The notes: a model not told the origin generated them from the sequence alone. A stretch of DNA of 64,000 nt from Halarcobacter sp. (GCA_048571215.1 CP182352.1:2976001-3040000), one strand, 5' to 3'; shown: positions 49,598 to 61,413, numbered from the stretch's first letter. A program made the numbers and translations.

Positions 49598-50596
49598 TTA
49601 CATTACGCCTTTTTCAGACCAGTAATTTCTAATTTTTTTAGTTAAAGAATCTGGAAGAGGAACATATCCTAATTCACTAGCTAAGTTTGCACTATTTTTA
49701 AATGAATAATCATAAAAAGCAGTAACTTTTTTATCAACTGCAACTTTCTCTTTTGGTAAAAGGATAAATGTAGCAGCTACAATTGGATATGCATCTTTAC
49801 CTGCAGGATCACCAATTACAGCAAAAAAATCTTTTTTAGGATCTAAATCTGCTTTAGCAGCAGCTGCTTGAAATGCTTTTAATTCAGGTTTAATATATGT
49901 ACCCTCTTTGTTTTCAACAACAGCCATATCTAAACTATTATTTTTTGCATCTGCATAATCAATATATCCAATAGAGTATGGAGTTTGTTTAACTAAAGCA
50001 GCTACACCTGTATTTGTTTTACCACCAATATGATGATCTCCAGGCCAATTTAAAGATTTTTTAGTTCCAAAATCTTTTCTCCACTCTTTAGAGATTTTGC
50101 TTAGATAATAAGTAAAGTTAAAAGTTGTTCCTGAACCATCTGCTCTGTGAACAAAAGTTAATTTTTTATGAGGTAATTTAACATTTGGATTTGAAGAAGT
50201 GATTAATTTATTATCCCAATATTTAACTTTACCTAATGCAATTTGTGCTAATGCATCTCTACTTAAATTTAAAGTACTAACATTTGGTACATTATAACTA
50301 ATAGCAATTGCTCCTACTACAGCTGGAAATTGATAAAGTTTAGCTTCTTTTAATTGATCAGGGTTTAAAGGAGCATCAGTTCCAGCAAAATCAACTGATC
50401 TTGCTTTCATATCTGCAATACCATGAGAACTACCTTTTTTAATATAATCAACTTCAACTTGTGTAGCCGTATGGTATGCCTTAATCCAAGATTGGTACAC
50501 ACTATATGGGAAAGAAGCCCCACTACCTTTGATATCTGCTGCAGAAGCAATTGAAGATGCCAATGCCAATGCCAGTAAAAGATTTATTTTTTTCAT
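49598..50596 (-). CDS. pstS: Phosphate-binding protein PstS
   Basis: GSGASFP, DFAGTD, HRADGSGTT.NFT.YL, AYPI. Confidence 0.96.
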   Translation of the reverse strand: MKKINLLLALALASSIASAADIKGSGASFPYSVYQSWIKAYHTATQVEVDYIKKGSSHGIADMKARSVDFAGTDAPLNPDQLKEAKLYQFPAVVGAIAISYNVPNVSTLNLSRDALAQIALGKVKYWDNKLITSSNPNVKLPHKKLTFVHRADGSGTTFNFTYYLSKISKEWRKDFGTKKSLNWPGDHHIGGKTNTGVAALVKQTPYSIGYIDYADAKNNSLDMAVVENKEGTYIKPELKAFQAAAAKADLDPKKDFFAVIGDPAGKDAYPIVAATFILLPKEKVAVDKKVTAFYDYSFKNSANLASELGYVPLPDSLTKKIRNYWSEKGVM

Positions 50597-50641
50597 TTCT
50601 ACGATCCTTTTTTTTTAATTTGTGAATAAAAGATTAGTAGC

Positions 50642-50674
50642 AAATGGTTATAAAATGGTTACAATTGATTTACA
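50642..50674 (-). promoter_or_regulatory. Pho-box-like direct repeats with 11-bp period upstream of pstS
   Basis: + strand GTTATA / GTTACA / TTTACA at 11-bp intervals (aaatggtta at 50642 and 50653). Confidence 0.65.
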
Positions 50675-50938
50675 AATATCAAAATAATTTTTATTTACTC
50701 TAAGTAAACTGCTACGATATAGTAGTTCTGAAAAAGATATAAAAATTTTATCAAAATTTTAAATTATTTATTTATTAATCAATTTTATATATTCATATAG
50801 TTCCTTTCATCTATATATAATGTAAACAATAAATTAACTTCATATAAAAAAACATCTATATTAATAAAAAGCTACAACATATATATAGTAAAAATAAAAA
50901 CTAAAATATATAGTTTAAATTAATAAAGCACAAAATAG

Positions 50939-52105
<1,167 letters not shown>

Positions 52106-52158
52106 GCCTAAATAAAAAATAAAATAAAACATAAAATAAAAATAAAGAAGGAGATAAT

Positions 52159-52518
52159 ATGTTTGTATGTGGATACCACTTCCCAGCTGATATGGGTAAT
52201 GATGTAAGTTTTGATAAAGTAATAGAAAAAGTTGAAGAAGGTATTGAAGCTGCAGGTAAAACTGTAACTATAACAAGTGAAACTAGAGAAGGTGTTAAAC
52301 TAGAAGAGATCTCTATCCCTGAAGGTTCTTTCTTACACACTGCATTTGTTGATTATTATACTAACACTGAATGTGCAGAAAAAGATGGTTTCAAAATGGT
52401 TTATTACACAAATAAATACCAAATCTCAGAAATTTCTAAATCAGTTGATGGTGATGCAACTAAAGCTATTTGTAAAAAATTAGATGATATGAATCTATAT
52501 AGAGTAAAAGTAGCGTAA
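52159..52518 (+). CDS. Unknown 119-aa protein between nifH and nifD
   Basis: Strong SD AAGGAG; codon usage like nifHDK; no P-II motifs. Confidence 0.85.
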   Translation: MFVCGYHFPADMGNDVSFDKVIEKVEEGIEAAGKTVTITSETREGVKLEEISIPEGSFLHTAFVDYYTNTECAEKDGFKMVYYTNKYQISEISKSVDGDATKAICKKLDDMNLYRVKVA

Positions 52519-52530
52519 GCTACCTTTACT
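52503..52530 (+). other. GNRA-capped stem-loop between the unknown ORF and nifD
   Basis: agtaaa-a-gtagc-GTAA-gctac-c-tttact. Confidence 0.6.
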
Positions 52531-52549
52531 ACCCTAAGAAGGAGAAAAT

Positions 52550-54016
52550 ATGGGACCAGAGACATTAGAGAGTCTACAAAATGAAGCTATTGAGGAAGTA
52601 CTAAGTGCTTATCCTGCAAAAGCTGCAAAAAACAGAGCAAAACACTTAGGTGTTGATGCACCAGAAGGTGTAAAAGGTGCTTGTGATAAAACTAGAAGTA
52701 ATAAACAAACTGTACCAGGAGTAATGTCGCAAAGAGGTTGTGCTTATGCGGGTTCTAAAGGGGTTGTTTGGGGACCAATTAAAGATATGATTCATATCTC
52801 ACATGGACCAATTGGATGTGGACAATATTCAAGAGGTGGGAGAAGAAACTATTATATCGGTACAACTGGTGTTGATACTTTTGTTACAATGAACTTCTCA
52901 ACTGACTTTAACGAAAAAGACATCGTATTCGGTGGAGATAAAAAACTTAAAAAAGCTTTAGAAGAAATTGATGATTTATTCCCATTAAACAATGGTATCT
53001 CAATTCAATCTGAGTGTCCAATCGGTCTAATCGGTGATGATATTCAAGCGGTTGCTAAAGTACATAAAAAAGAAACTGGTCATCAAACAATTGCTGTTTC
53101 ATGTGAAGGATTTAGAGGGGTTTCACAATCTCTTGGTCACCACATTGCAAATGACATGATTAGAGACCACGTTATGCCAGATACATCACACAGAAAAGAT
53201 TTCGAATCAACTGAATATGATGTAGCTATTATTGGGGATTATAACATCGGTGGTGATGCTTGGGCAACAAGAATCATCTTAGAAGAAATGGGATTAAGAG
53301 TAATTGCTCAATGGTCTGGGGATGCAACTTATAAAGAGTTAGCAATCGCTCCAAAAGCAAAACTTAACTTACTTCACTGTTATAGATCTATGAACTATAT
53401 TTCAAGACATATGGAACAAGAATTCGGTATACCTTGGATGGAATATAACTTCTTTGGACCAAGTAAAACAACTGAGTCTATTAGAAAAATCGCTTCATTC
53501 TTTGACGAAGCAATTCAAGAAAAAGCTGAAGCTGTTATTGCTAAATATACTGCTATGACTGATGCTGTTATTGCTAAATATAAACCTTTATTAGAGGGTA
53601 AAAAAGTTATGCTTTACGTTGGTGGATTAAGACCAAGACACGTTATTGGTGCATACGAAGATTTAGGAATGGAAGTAATCGGTACTGGTTATGAGTTCGC
53701 TCACGGTGATGATTATAAAAGAACTAAAGAAGATATTGAAAGATCTACTTTAATTTATGATGATGCTAATGAGTACGAATTAGAGCAATTCGTTAAGAAA
53801 TTGAGACCAGATTTAGTTGCTGCTGGTGTTAAAGAGAAATATGTATTCCAAAAAATGGGTCTACCATTTAGACAAATGCACTCTTGGGACTACAGTGGTC
53901 CATACCATGGATACGATGCGTTTGCAGTTTTTGCAAAAGATATGGATTTAGCTATGAATTCTCCTGTATGGGATCATACTACAGCTCCATGGGATAAAGA
54001 AGTAGAGGGAGCGTAA
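52550..54016 (+). CDS. nifD: Nitrogenase MoFe protein alpha chain
   Basis: RGCAYAG, HGPIGC, SECP, LHCYRS, GGLRPRH, QMHSWDY. Confidence 0.99.
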   Translation: MGPETLESLQNEAIEEVLSAYPAKAAKNRAKHLGVDAPEGVKGACDKTRSNKQTVPGVMSQRGCAYAGSKGVVWGPIKDMIHISHGPIGCGQYSRGGRRNYYIGTTGVDTFVTMNFSTDFNEKDIVFGGDKKLKKALEEIDDLFPLNNGISIQSECPIGLIGDDIQAVAKVHKKETGHQTIAVSCEGFRGVSQSLGHHIANDMIRDHVMPDTSHRKDFESTEYDVAIIGDYNIGGDAWATRIILEEMGLRVIAQWSGDATYKELAIAPKAKLNLLHCYRSMNYISRHMEQEFGIPWMEYNFFGPSKTTESIRKIASFFDEAIQEKAEAVIAKYTAMTDAVIAKYKPLLEGKKVMLYVGGLRPRHVIGAYEDLGMEVIGTGYEFAHGDDYKRTKEDIERSTLIYDDANEYELEQFVKKLRPDLVAAGVKEKYVFQKMGLPFRQMHSWDYSGPYHGYDAFAVFAKDMDLAMNSPVWDHTTAPWDKEVEGA

Positions 54017-54017
54017 T

Positions 54018-55565
54018 ATGCAAGACGTAGAAAACATAGTAAACGGACAAAAACTATTTTTAAAACCTGAATATCAAGAAGTTTTAAAAAACAAAAAACA
54101 ATTCGAAGGTGCAATGGGTGCAATTGATACTGCCAAAGTTGATGAAATTCAAGAATGGACTAAATCTTGGGATTATAGAGAAAAGAATTTAGCAAGAGAA
54201 GCAATTACTGTTAATCCAGCTAAAGCTTGTCAACCTCTAGGTGCTGTAATGGTTGGTCTTGGTTTTGAAAACACTATGCCATATGTACATGGTTCACATG
54301 GTTGTGTTTCATACTTTAGAACTTACTTTACAAGACACTTTAAAGAACCAACTCCATGTGTTTCTGACTCAATGTCTGAATCTGCAGCGGTATTTGGTGG
54401 TTTAGCAAATATGAAGGATGGTTTAAGAAACTGTAACGCTTTATATAAGCCTGATATGATTGCAGTATCTACTACATGTATGGCAGAAGTTATCGGTGAT
54501 GACTTAAATGCATTTATTTTAGGTGCAAGAGAAGAAGCTGAAGGTGAATTAGATAATATCGAAATCCCTTATGCTCATACTCCATCATTCGTAGGTTCTC
54601 ATATTACTGGTTATGATAATATGATGAAATCTATCTTAGAGCAATTAAACCCAACTAGATCAGAAAGAGTTGAAGATGAGGAAAGAATCAATATCATTCC
54701 TGGTTTTGAACCATATTTAGGGTCTTTAAAAGAGATTAAAAATATTGCTAAAATGTTTGGTGACAAAATTGTTATGTTAGGTGACCATGAAGAGCAATGG
54801 GATACTGGAGCTGGTGAATATAAATTATATGCTGGTGGTACAACTATAGCTGATACAAAAACTGCTATCAATGCTAAAGCTACTATCTCATTACAAAAAT
54901 ATTCAACAATAGCAACTGCTAAAACTATTAAAAACAAATGGAAACAAACTTTTGAAACTTGTAATCCAATTGGTTTAAGTGGTACTGATGCTTTTGTTAT
55001 GAAACTAGCTGAATTAACTGGTAAAGAAGTTCCTGCTGAACTTAAAAACCAAAGAGCTAGACTTGTTGATGCTATGCAAGATTCTTATCCATATATGCAT
55101 GGTAAGAAAATTGCAATCTGGGGAGATCCTGACTTTTTATTAGGTATGGTTTCTTTCTTAGTTGAAATGGGAGCAATTCCAACTCATGTTGTATGTCATA
55201 ATGCACCAAGAAAAGGTTGGGAAGCAGAGATGAGAGCAATCTTAGATAAATCAAACAGATCTGACGAGTGTAACATCTGGCCAGGTAAAGATTTATGGGC
55301 ATTAAGATCATTATTATTCACAGAACCAGTTGATTTCATGATTGGTAACGTTTATGGTAAAGAACTTTACAGAGATACAAAAACTCCACTTATCAGAATT
55401 GGTTTCCCAATTTTTGATAGACATCACTTACATAGATACTCTATGAGTGGTTATGAGGGTGCAATTAACTTATTAACTTGGATTACTAATGGTGTTCTTG
55501 ACCAATTAGATGAAGAGACTAAAGATATAGGTGAAACAGATTACTTCTTTGATTCAGTAAGATAA
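54018..55565 (+). CDS. nifK: Nitrogenase MoFe protein beta chain
   Basis: NPAKACQP, HGSHGC, TTCMAEVIGDD, TPSF, GFPIFDRHH. Confidence 0.99.
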   Translation: MQDVENIVNGQKLFLKPEYQEVLKNKKQFEGAMGAIDTAKVDEIQEWTKSWDYREKNLAREAITVNPAKACQPLGAVMVGLGFENTMPYVHGSHGCVSYFRTYFTRHFKEPTPCVSDSMSESAAVFGGLANMKDGLRNCNALYKPDMIAVSTTCMAEVIGDDLNAFILGAREEAEGELDNIEIPYAHTPSFVGSHITGYDNMMKSILEQLNPTRSERVEDEERINIIPGFEPYLGSLKEIKNIAKMFGDKIVMLGDHEEQWDTGAGEYKLYAGGTTIADTKTAINAKATISLQKYSTIATAKTIKNKWKQTFETCNPIGLSGTDAFVMKLAELTGKEVPAELKNQRARLVDAMQDSYPYMHGKKIAIWGDPDFLLGMVSFLVEMGAIPTHVVCHNAPRKGWEAEMRAILDKSNRSDECNIWPGKDLWALRSLLFTEPVDFMIGNVYGKELYRDTKTPLIRIGFPIFDRHHLHRYSMSGYEGAINLLTWITNGVLDQLDEETKDIGETDYFFDSVR

Positions 55566-55571
55566 TCTTTT

Positions 55572-55602
55572 AAAACTAGAGGAAAAACCTCTAGTTTTTT
55601 TT
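55572..55602 (+). terminator. Intrinsic terminator after nifK
   Basis: aaaactagagg-aaaaa-cctctagtttt followed by T run. Confidence 0.85.
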
Positions 55603-55607
55603 AAGTA

Positions 55608-55689
55608 AGCGTTATATACTAAGGAATATAATGATAGAATTTCCTTAGTTTTTTTTAATCTATCGTTATATATAAAAAGATATAACAAA
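55608..55689 (+). promoter_or_regulatory. Two tandem ModE boxes upstream of modE
   Basis: AGCGTTATATA-N6-AATATAATGAT (55608-55635) and ATCGTTATATA-N6-GATATAACAAA (55662-55689), matching ATCGNTATATA-N6-TATATANCGAT. Confidence 0.8.
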
Positions 55690-55697
55690 AAAGGAAA

Positions 55698-56483
55698 GTG
55701 ATGGAAATATCATCAAACTTAACATTAGAACTCCTAGACCAACCTTTTTTACTTGAAAAAAGGATTAATTTGCTTTTTGCTATACAAAAATGTGGCTCAA
55801 TAAGTAAAGCAGCAAAAGAGGTTCCTATGAGTTATAAAAAAGCCTGGGAAGCAGTTGATACTATGAACAATCTATCTCCTACTGCAATAGTAACAACAGA
55901 AACAGGTGGTAAAGGTGGAGGGGGTACAGTTTTAACCCCCTATGGGGAAAACTTACTAAAAACATATCTTGTGTTAAAACATGAACACAAAAAATTTTTA
56001 GAGATTTTAAAAAATATGACTGACATAGACTCAGGAACTTTAAAAACAATTGGGAGACTTTCGATGCAAATAAGTGCTAGAAACCAAATAAGAGGAAAAG
56101 TAGAATTGATTGAGGAGGGTAAAGTAAATGCCCAAGTTTATGTAAAACTAAAAAGTGGTTACACTTTGGTCTCAACTATTACAAAAACAGCAGTTAATAA
56201 TTTGAACTTAAAAATAGATGATGAAGTAACTGCTTTTTTTAAATCAAGTACAGTTCTAATCACTACAGATTTAACACTAAATATAAGTGCTAGAAATAAG
56301 TTCCAAGGTAAAATTGAAAATATTCACACAGGCGAAGTTAATAGCGAAGTGATTATTGATATTGGGAACATGGATAAAATAGCATCTATTGTAACCTCAG
56401 GATCGATTAGGTCTTTAGATTTAAAAGAGGGTGTGCAAGTAAGTGCTATTATAAAAGCAAGTGACATAATGATAGGAAAGTAA
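55698..56483 (+). CDS. modE: Molybdate-responsive regulator ModE (wHTH + 2 TOBE)
   Basis: GSISKAAK...MSYKKAW, GGKGGGG..LT, two SARN TOBE repeats. Confidence 0.95.
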   Translation: MMEISSNLTLELLDQPFLLEKRINLLFAIQKCGSISKAAKEVPMSYKKAWEAVDTMNNLSPTAIVTTETGGKGGGGTVLTPYGENLLKTYLVLKHEHKKFLEILKNMTDIDSGTLKTIGRLSMQISARNQIRGKVELIEEGKVNAQVYVKLKSGYTLVSTITKTAVNNLNLKIDDEVTAFFKSSTVLITTDLTLNISARNKFQGKIENIHTGEVNSEVIIDIGNMDKIASIVTSGSIRSLDLKEGVQVSAIIKASDIMIGK

Positions 56484-56493
56484 AAGGAATAAA

Positions 56494-57240
56494 ATGAAAA
56501 ATATAGTTTTAATAGTCTTGTTATTAGGTGCAAACCTATTTGCAGGGAGTATAAATATAGCAGTTGCAGCAAATGTTAGTTATGCAATAAATGACCTAAT
56601 TTCTGAATTTAACAAAACAAATCCAGATACAAATGTAAATGTAACTTTAGGAAGTAGTGGAAAACTAACTGCACAAATAAAAAATGGTGCCCCATACAAT
56701 CTATTTATGGCAGCAAATATGAAATACCCAAAAGCTTTATATAGTGACAAAATTGCTATAACTAAGCCAGTGATTTACGCACAAGGAAGTTTAGCTATCT
56801 TAAGTGCAAAACAGGTTGATTTTTCAAAAGGAATAATGCTTGCAAAGGATAGTTCTATAAAAAAAATAGCAATTGCAAACCCAAAAACTGCTCCATATGG
56901 AAAAGCAGCAGTAGAAGCTATGAAAAATGCAAAAATTTATAATGATGTAGTTGGTAAATATGTATATGCAGAATCTATTTCACAAACAGTTACCTATGCT
57001 TTAACTGCTACTGATATAGGTTTTATTGCAAAATCATCTTTATATAGTCCTAAAATGGCCATGTATAAAGAAGGAATTAATTGGACAGATGTTGACCCAA
57101 AACTTTATACACCAATAAACCAAGGGATTGTTATACTTAGCAATGCAAAAGATAATAAAGAGGTAAAAGCATTTTATGATTTTATCTTAGGTGAAAAAGC
57201 CAAAAAAATATTTAACGAATTCGGATATTTAGTACCATGA
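56494..57240 (+). CDS. modA: Molybdate ABC transporter substrate-binding protein
   Basis: AVAAN, GSSGKL.AQI.NGAP, IANPKTAPYG. Confidence 0.95.
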   Translation: MKNIVLIVLLLGANLFAGSINIAVAANVSYAINDLISEFNKTNPDTNVNVTLGSSGKLTAQIKNGAPYNLFMAANMKYPKALYSDKIAITKPVIYAQGSLAILSAKQVDFSKGIMLAKDSSIKKIAIANPKTAPYGKAAVEAMKNAKIYNDVVGKYVYAESISQTVTYALTATDIGFIAKSSLYSPKMAMYKEGINWTDVDPKLYTPINQGIVILSNAKDNKEVKAFYDFILGEKAKKIFNEFGYLVP

Positions 57241-57638
57241 ATGAGATAGTTGCAACTATTTCTCAAATTGACAATATTGATAACCTCAATATTGTCCAAT
57301 TTGAGTTTAATAATCAAACTTTAAAAATGATGAGTTTAGACTTAAATGACAATATTGTAAAGAATCAAAAGGTTATACTAACAGTTAAACCAACACATAT
57401 TGCCATAGGAAAAAACTTTAGTGGAGAATTAAGCTACTCAAATCAGATCAAAGCCACAATTGATGATATTGAAAAAGGGGAACTTCTTGTAAATGTAATC
57501 TCTAAAGTGGCAGGAATAAACTTGCAAAGTATTATAACAGCTAGTTCTGCAAATAGAATGAACTTAAAAAAAGAGGATGAGATTATTTTACTTATAAAAG
57601 CAAGTGATATATCAATATTGGATGTTATAAATGATTGA
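57237..57638 (+). CDS. Tandem TOBE (molybdopterin-binding) domain protein
   Basis: LSYSNQI.A.I..I..G...SIIT..S...L...LIKASD. Confidence 0.85.
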   Translation: MNEIVATISQIDNIDNLNIVQFEFNNQTLKMMSLDLNDNIVKNQKVILTVKPTHIAIGKNFSGELSYSNQIKATIDDIEKGELLVNVISKVAGINLQSIITASSANRMNLKKEDEIILLIKASDISILDVIND

Positions 57639-58323
57639 AATATTAAAAACAATGGAGTTTGGTCCATTTTTATTATCTTTTAAATTAGCAGGTTTGACCA
57701 CTTTGATTTTGTTTGTTATATCTATGCCACTTAGTTGGTGGTTATCACAAACAAAATCAAAATATAAACCTTTACTCGAAGCAATAACTGCCTTACCTTT
57801 GGTATTACCTCCATCAGTACTAGGTTTTTATATCCTTTGGGCATTATCAATAAACTCACCAATTGGGCAGTTTTTTGAAGATATATTTGGAATAAAACTT
57901 GTTTTCAATTTTACAGGGCTTGTAGTAGCAAGTTGTTTTTACTCTTTGCCATTTATGGTACAACCCTTACAAAGTGGTTTTGAAAGTATAAATAAAAATA
58001 TGTTAGAAGCTAGCTATATAGCTGGAAAAGGGAAAATTGAGACTATGAGTAAGGTGGCTCTTCCAAATATAAAACCAGCATTAATGACAGCAATAATAGT
58101 AACCTTTGCCCATACAGTAGGAGAGTTTGGAGTGGTTCTAATGGTAGGTGGAAGTATCCCAGGAGAAACAAAAGTAGCTTCTGTTGCTATATACGAATTT
58201 GTAGAGATTATGGATTATAAAGCAGCACATATCTATAGTGCTATTATGGTTATTATAAGTTTCTTGGTACTTTTAAGTGTTTATATTTTTAATCATAAAC
58301 AAAATAAAAAATTTGGATTATAA
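57631..58323 (+). CDS. modB: Molybdate ABC transporter permease
   Basis: LPLVLPPSVLGF, YSLPFMVQP, FAHTVGEFG. Confidence 0.95.
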   Translation: MIEILKTMEFGPFLLSFKLAGLTTLILFVISMPLSWWLSQTKSKYKPLLEAITALPLVLPPSVLGFYILWALSINSPIGQFFEDIFGIKLVFNFTGLVVASCFYSLPFMVQPLQSGFESINKNMLEASYIAGKGKIETMSKVALPNIKPALMTAIIVTFAHTVGEFGVVLMVGGSIPGETKVASVAIYEFVEIMDYKAAHIYSAIMVIISFLVLLSVYIFNHKQNKKFGL

Positions 58324-58324
58324 A

Positions 58325-59179
58325 ATGATAAAAATTGATATAAATAAAAACCTCCATGGTTCAAATGGACAAATGCAACTAAATGTAAATTTAGAGATAA
58401 AAAACAAAGACTTTATCGCTTTAGCAGGGGTTAGTGGTAGTGGGAAAACAACACTTTTAAGGATACTTGCGGGTCTTGAAGAGGCAAAGGGTCAAATCAA
58501 AATCGATGATGAGATTTGGCTTGATGAAAAGTTTTCTCTTCCGCCTCAAAAAAGAAAAATAGGTTTTGTATTTCAAGATTATGCCCTATTTCCAAATATG
58601 AGTGTCCTTGATAATCTTCTTTATGTAAAAAAAGATAAAGAGTTGGCAATGTATTTGCTTGAAATAACAGAATTAAAAGAGTTAGCAAAAAGATTACCTA
58701 AAAGCCTAAGTGGTGGGCAAAAACAACGTGTTAGTTTATGTCGTGCTATGATGAATAGACCAAAACTTCTTTTAATGGATGAGCCCTTATCTGCCCTTGA
58801 TCCAAATATGAGAACAAAACTTCAAAACGAGATTTTGTCACTTCATAAAGAGTTTGAAACAACTACAATAATGGTAAGCCATGATCCAAGTGAAATCTAT
58901 AGACTAAGCAATAGGGTTATTGTTTTAAACCAAGGTGAGATAATCAAAGATGGAAAAGCAAAAGATGTTTTACTAAAAACAAGTGGTAGTGCTAAATTCT
59001 CTTTTGAAGGGGAACTACTTGATATAAAAAAAGTGGATGTAATCTATATAGCTATTGTAGCTATTGGTCAACAATTAGTTGAAGTGGTTATAAGCTCCCA
59101 AGAAGCAAAAACTTTTGTTATTGGTCAATCAGTAACAGTAAGTACAAAAGCTTTCAGCCCAATGATAACACAAGCATAA
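58325..59179 (+). CDS. modC: Molybdate ABC transporter ATPase
   Basis: GVSGSGKTT, LPPQKR.IG.VFQDYALFP, LSGGQKQR, DEP; C-terminal TOBE. Confidence 0.92.
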   Translation: MIKIDINKNLHGSNGQMQLNVNLEIKNKDFIALAGVSGSGKTTLLRILAGLEEAKGQIKIDDEIWLDEKFSLPPQKRKIGFVFQDYALFPNMSVLDNLLYVKKDKELAMYLLEITELKELAKRLPKSLSGGQKQRVSLCRAMMNRPKLLLMDEPLSALDPNMRTKLQNEILSLHKEFETTTIMVSHDPSEIYRLSNRVIVLNQGEIIKDGKAKDVLLKTSGSAKFSFEGELLDIKKVDVIYIAIVAIGQQLVEVVISSQEAKTFVIGQSVTVSTKAFSPMITQA

Positions 59180-59188
59180 GGAAAAATA

Positions 59189-59893
59189 ATGAAAAAGATT
59201 TTAATTTTTGTAAGTTTAGTATTTGTTCCACTTTTTGCAAATGATTTAAAAGTTGCAGCGGGTGCAGGATATAAAAAAGTTGTTCTAAAAGTGATTAAAG
59301 CTTATGAAAAAAATGGCAAAAATGTAGATGGCTTTTTTGGTAATATGCGTCAAGTTACAAGCCAAGCCAAGCAGACAGATATAGGCTTAATTATAGGAGA
59401 TAAAAACTTTTTACTAAAAAAAAGCAACTTAGATATTAAGGATTTTTCTACTATTGGAGAAGGGAAAGTTGTAATTGCCTATGGCAAAAACTCAACAATC
59501 ATCAAATCCTCAAAAGATTTATTAAATCCACAAATAAAGAAAATAGCTATGCCCCAAGAGAAAAAGGCAATTTATGGGATTGCAGGAAAAGAGTTTTTAG
59601 AAAATGAAAACCTTTATAAAGCTATAAAAGATAAATTATACATGGTCGCAACAGTACCCCAATCATTAACTTATATAATAACAAATGAAGTGGATGCTGG
59701 AATTATAAATCTAACAGCAGCCTTGGAAAACAAAAATAAAATTGGCGGATATATACAAGTTAATGAAAATAGTTATTCCAAAATAGAAATAATTGCTGCA
59801 AAACTTCCAACTTGTAAAAAAGAGTGTGAAGATTTTCTTGAGTTTCTAAAAACTAAAGAATCTAAAGAGATTTTTAAATCTTACGGTTTATAA
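59189..59893 (+). CDS. Second, divergent ModA-family substrate-binding protein
   Basis: AAGAGYKK, FGNMRQ, AIYG, TVPQ; ModA fold without the AAx/GSSG anion-binding segments of the first ModA. Confidence 0.8.
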   Translation: MKKILIFVSLVFVPLFANDLKVAAGAGYKKVVLKVIKAYEKNGKNVDGFFGNMRQVTSQAKQTDIGLIIGDKNFLLKKSNLDIKDFSTIGEGKVVIAYGKNSTIIKSSKDLLNPQIKKIAMPQEKKAIYGIAGKEFLENENLYKAIKDKLYMVATVPQSLTYIITNEVDAGIINLTAALENKNKIGGYIQVNENSYSKIEIIAAKLPTCKKECEDFLEFLKTKESKEIFKSYGL

Positions 59894-59894
59894 A

Positions 59895-60575
59895 ATGGAA
59901 GCTATAATATTGGAACAAATAACCAATCCCTTATGGCTTAGCTTTAAAACTATTGTTGTAACCGCATTTTTATTCTTATTTTTAGGAATCCCTTTAGCCT
60001 ATCTTCTTTCAAAAAAAGAGTTACCTTTTCGTTGGTTATTAGATACTCTTGTTACTCTACCTTTAGTTTTTCCACCAATTGCAATTGGATTTTTTCTTCT
60101 TTTTATTTTAGGAAAACAAAGTTTTATTGGTCAGCAATTATTAAAACTTAATATTGAGATAATTTTTAGTTTTACCGGTATTGTAATTGCAGCATTTATT
60201 GCAGGCTTGCCTTTGATGATTAAACCTTTGCAAGCAAGTATTGAACAGTTCCCAAAAGAGATAAAAGAGGCTTCATATATTAGTGGAAAATCAAAAATAT
60301 ATACCTTTATAACAATAATCTTACCAACAATCAAAAACACCTTGTTTGTTGCCCTATTAATAGCAACAGCAAGGGCTTTGGGAGAGGTAGGGATTAGCTT
60401 GATGTTAGGTGGAAATATTATAGGAAAAACTGATACAATATCTTTAGCAATTTATAATGCTGTATTTGATGGAGATTATGATTTAGCACTTATTTTAAGT
60501 GGTATATTGGTATTTATCTCTTTGCTTTTTTTTATAGTATTAAATTTGTTTGAAAAAAAGGAAAAATATGTTTAA
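59895..60575 (+). CDS. Second ModB-family permease
   Basis: LPLVFPPIAIGF, ARALGEVG..LMLGGNI.G.T.T. Confidence 0.88.
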   Translation: MEAIILEQITNPLWLSFKTIVVTAFLFLFLGIPLAYLLSKKELPFRWLLDTLVTLPLVFPPIAIGFFLLFILGKQSFIGQQLLKLNIEIIFSFTGIVIAAFIAGLPLMIKPLQASIEQFPKEIKEASYISGKSKIYTFITIILPTIKNTLFVALLIATARALGEVGISLMLGGNIIGKTDTISLAIYNAVFDGDYDLALILSGILVFISLLFFIVLNLFEKKEKYV

Positions 60576-61413
60576 TCTATCAGATATTGAACTACAAAAC
60601 TACATTCAAGATGATATACCTTATGATGATTTAACTACTAGTTTACAAAATTGTAACAATCAAAAAGCTAAGCTTGAAGTGTTTACAAGGGAAGATATAG
60701 TGGTATCTTGTAGTGAAGAAGCCGCAAGAATTGCCCAACTACTCAATTGTAAAGTTGAATCATTTTTAAAAAGTAAAAGCAAAGCTTCAAAAGGTGATAC
60801 TATCTTAAGCTACACAGGAGACTATGAAAATATTCATAAAGCCTGGAGACTAACTCAAATCCTATTAGAATATAGTTGTAAGATATCAACATATGCCTAT
60901 AAGATGAAAGAAGAGATTGATAAGGTAAATACAAACTGTGAACTTCTAACCACAAGGAAAACTTTTCCTTTTTCAAAAAGGTTTTGTATAAAAGCTGCAC
61001 TTTGTGGAGGAGCAAATCCTCACAGACTTGGTTTATCAGAAACAATACTATTTTTTGATGGACATAGAATCTTATATAAAAGTAATGAAGAGTTTTATAA
61101 AGCAATAAGTGATATAAAAAAAAGTGCTAGTGAAAAGATGATTGCGGTGGAGAGTAACTCCATAGAAGATTGTATAAACCTCATGAATGTGGGAGTTGAT
61201 ACTCTACAACTAGATAAAATAGAGTTTGAAACTTTAGAAAAAATACTCACTTACAAAAATGTAAACTTCCCAAATATTAAAGTATTGCTTGCAGGTGGGA
61301 TAAATCTAAACAATATAAAAGATTATGCAAAATTTGATATTGATGGTATTGTTACAAGTTCTGTATATCTAAGTGGAATGGCAAATATAAGTAGTAAGTT
61401 AAAGCTACTTTGA
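60568..61413 (+). CDS. modD: ModD protein (NadC/QPRTase-like)
   Basis: D.PYDDLTT, TTRKTFP, GG..HRLGLSETIL.F, QLDK, AGGIN. Confidence 0.9.
   Translation: MFNLSDIELQNYIQDDIPYDDLTTSLQNCNNQKAKLEVFTREDIVVSCSEEAARIAQLLNCKVESFLKSKSKASKGDTILSYTGDYENIHKAWRLTQILLEYSCKISTYAYKMKEEIDKVNTNCELLTTRKTFPFSKRFCIKAALCGGANPHRLGLSETILFFDGHRILYKSNEEFYKAISDIKKSASEKMIAVESNSIEDCINLMNVGVDTLQLDKIEFETLEKILTYKNVNFPNIKVLLAGGINLNNIKDYAKFDIDGIVTSSVYLSGMANISSKLKLL

Noticed and set aside
52106..52148. (AAAAT)n-like tract after nifH
   Set aside because: Low-complexity A-rich spacer; no unique spacers, so not CRISPR
52159..52518. Possible nifI/P-II or AnfG/VnfG identity of the nifH-nifD ORF
   Set aside because: No P-II motifs; G subunits lie between D and K; NifD/NifK here are Mo-type
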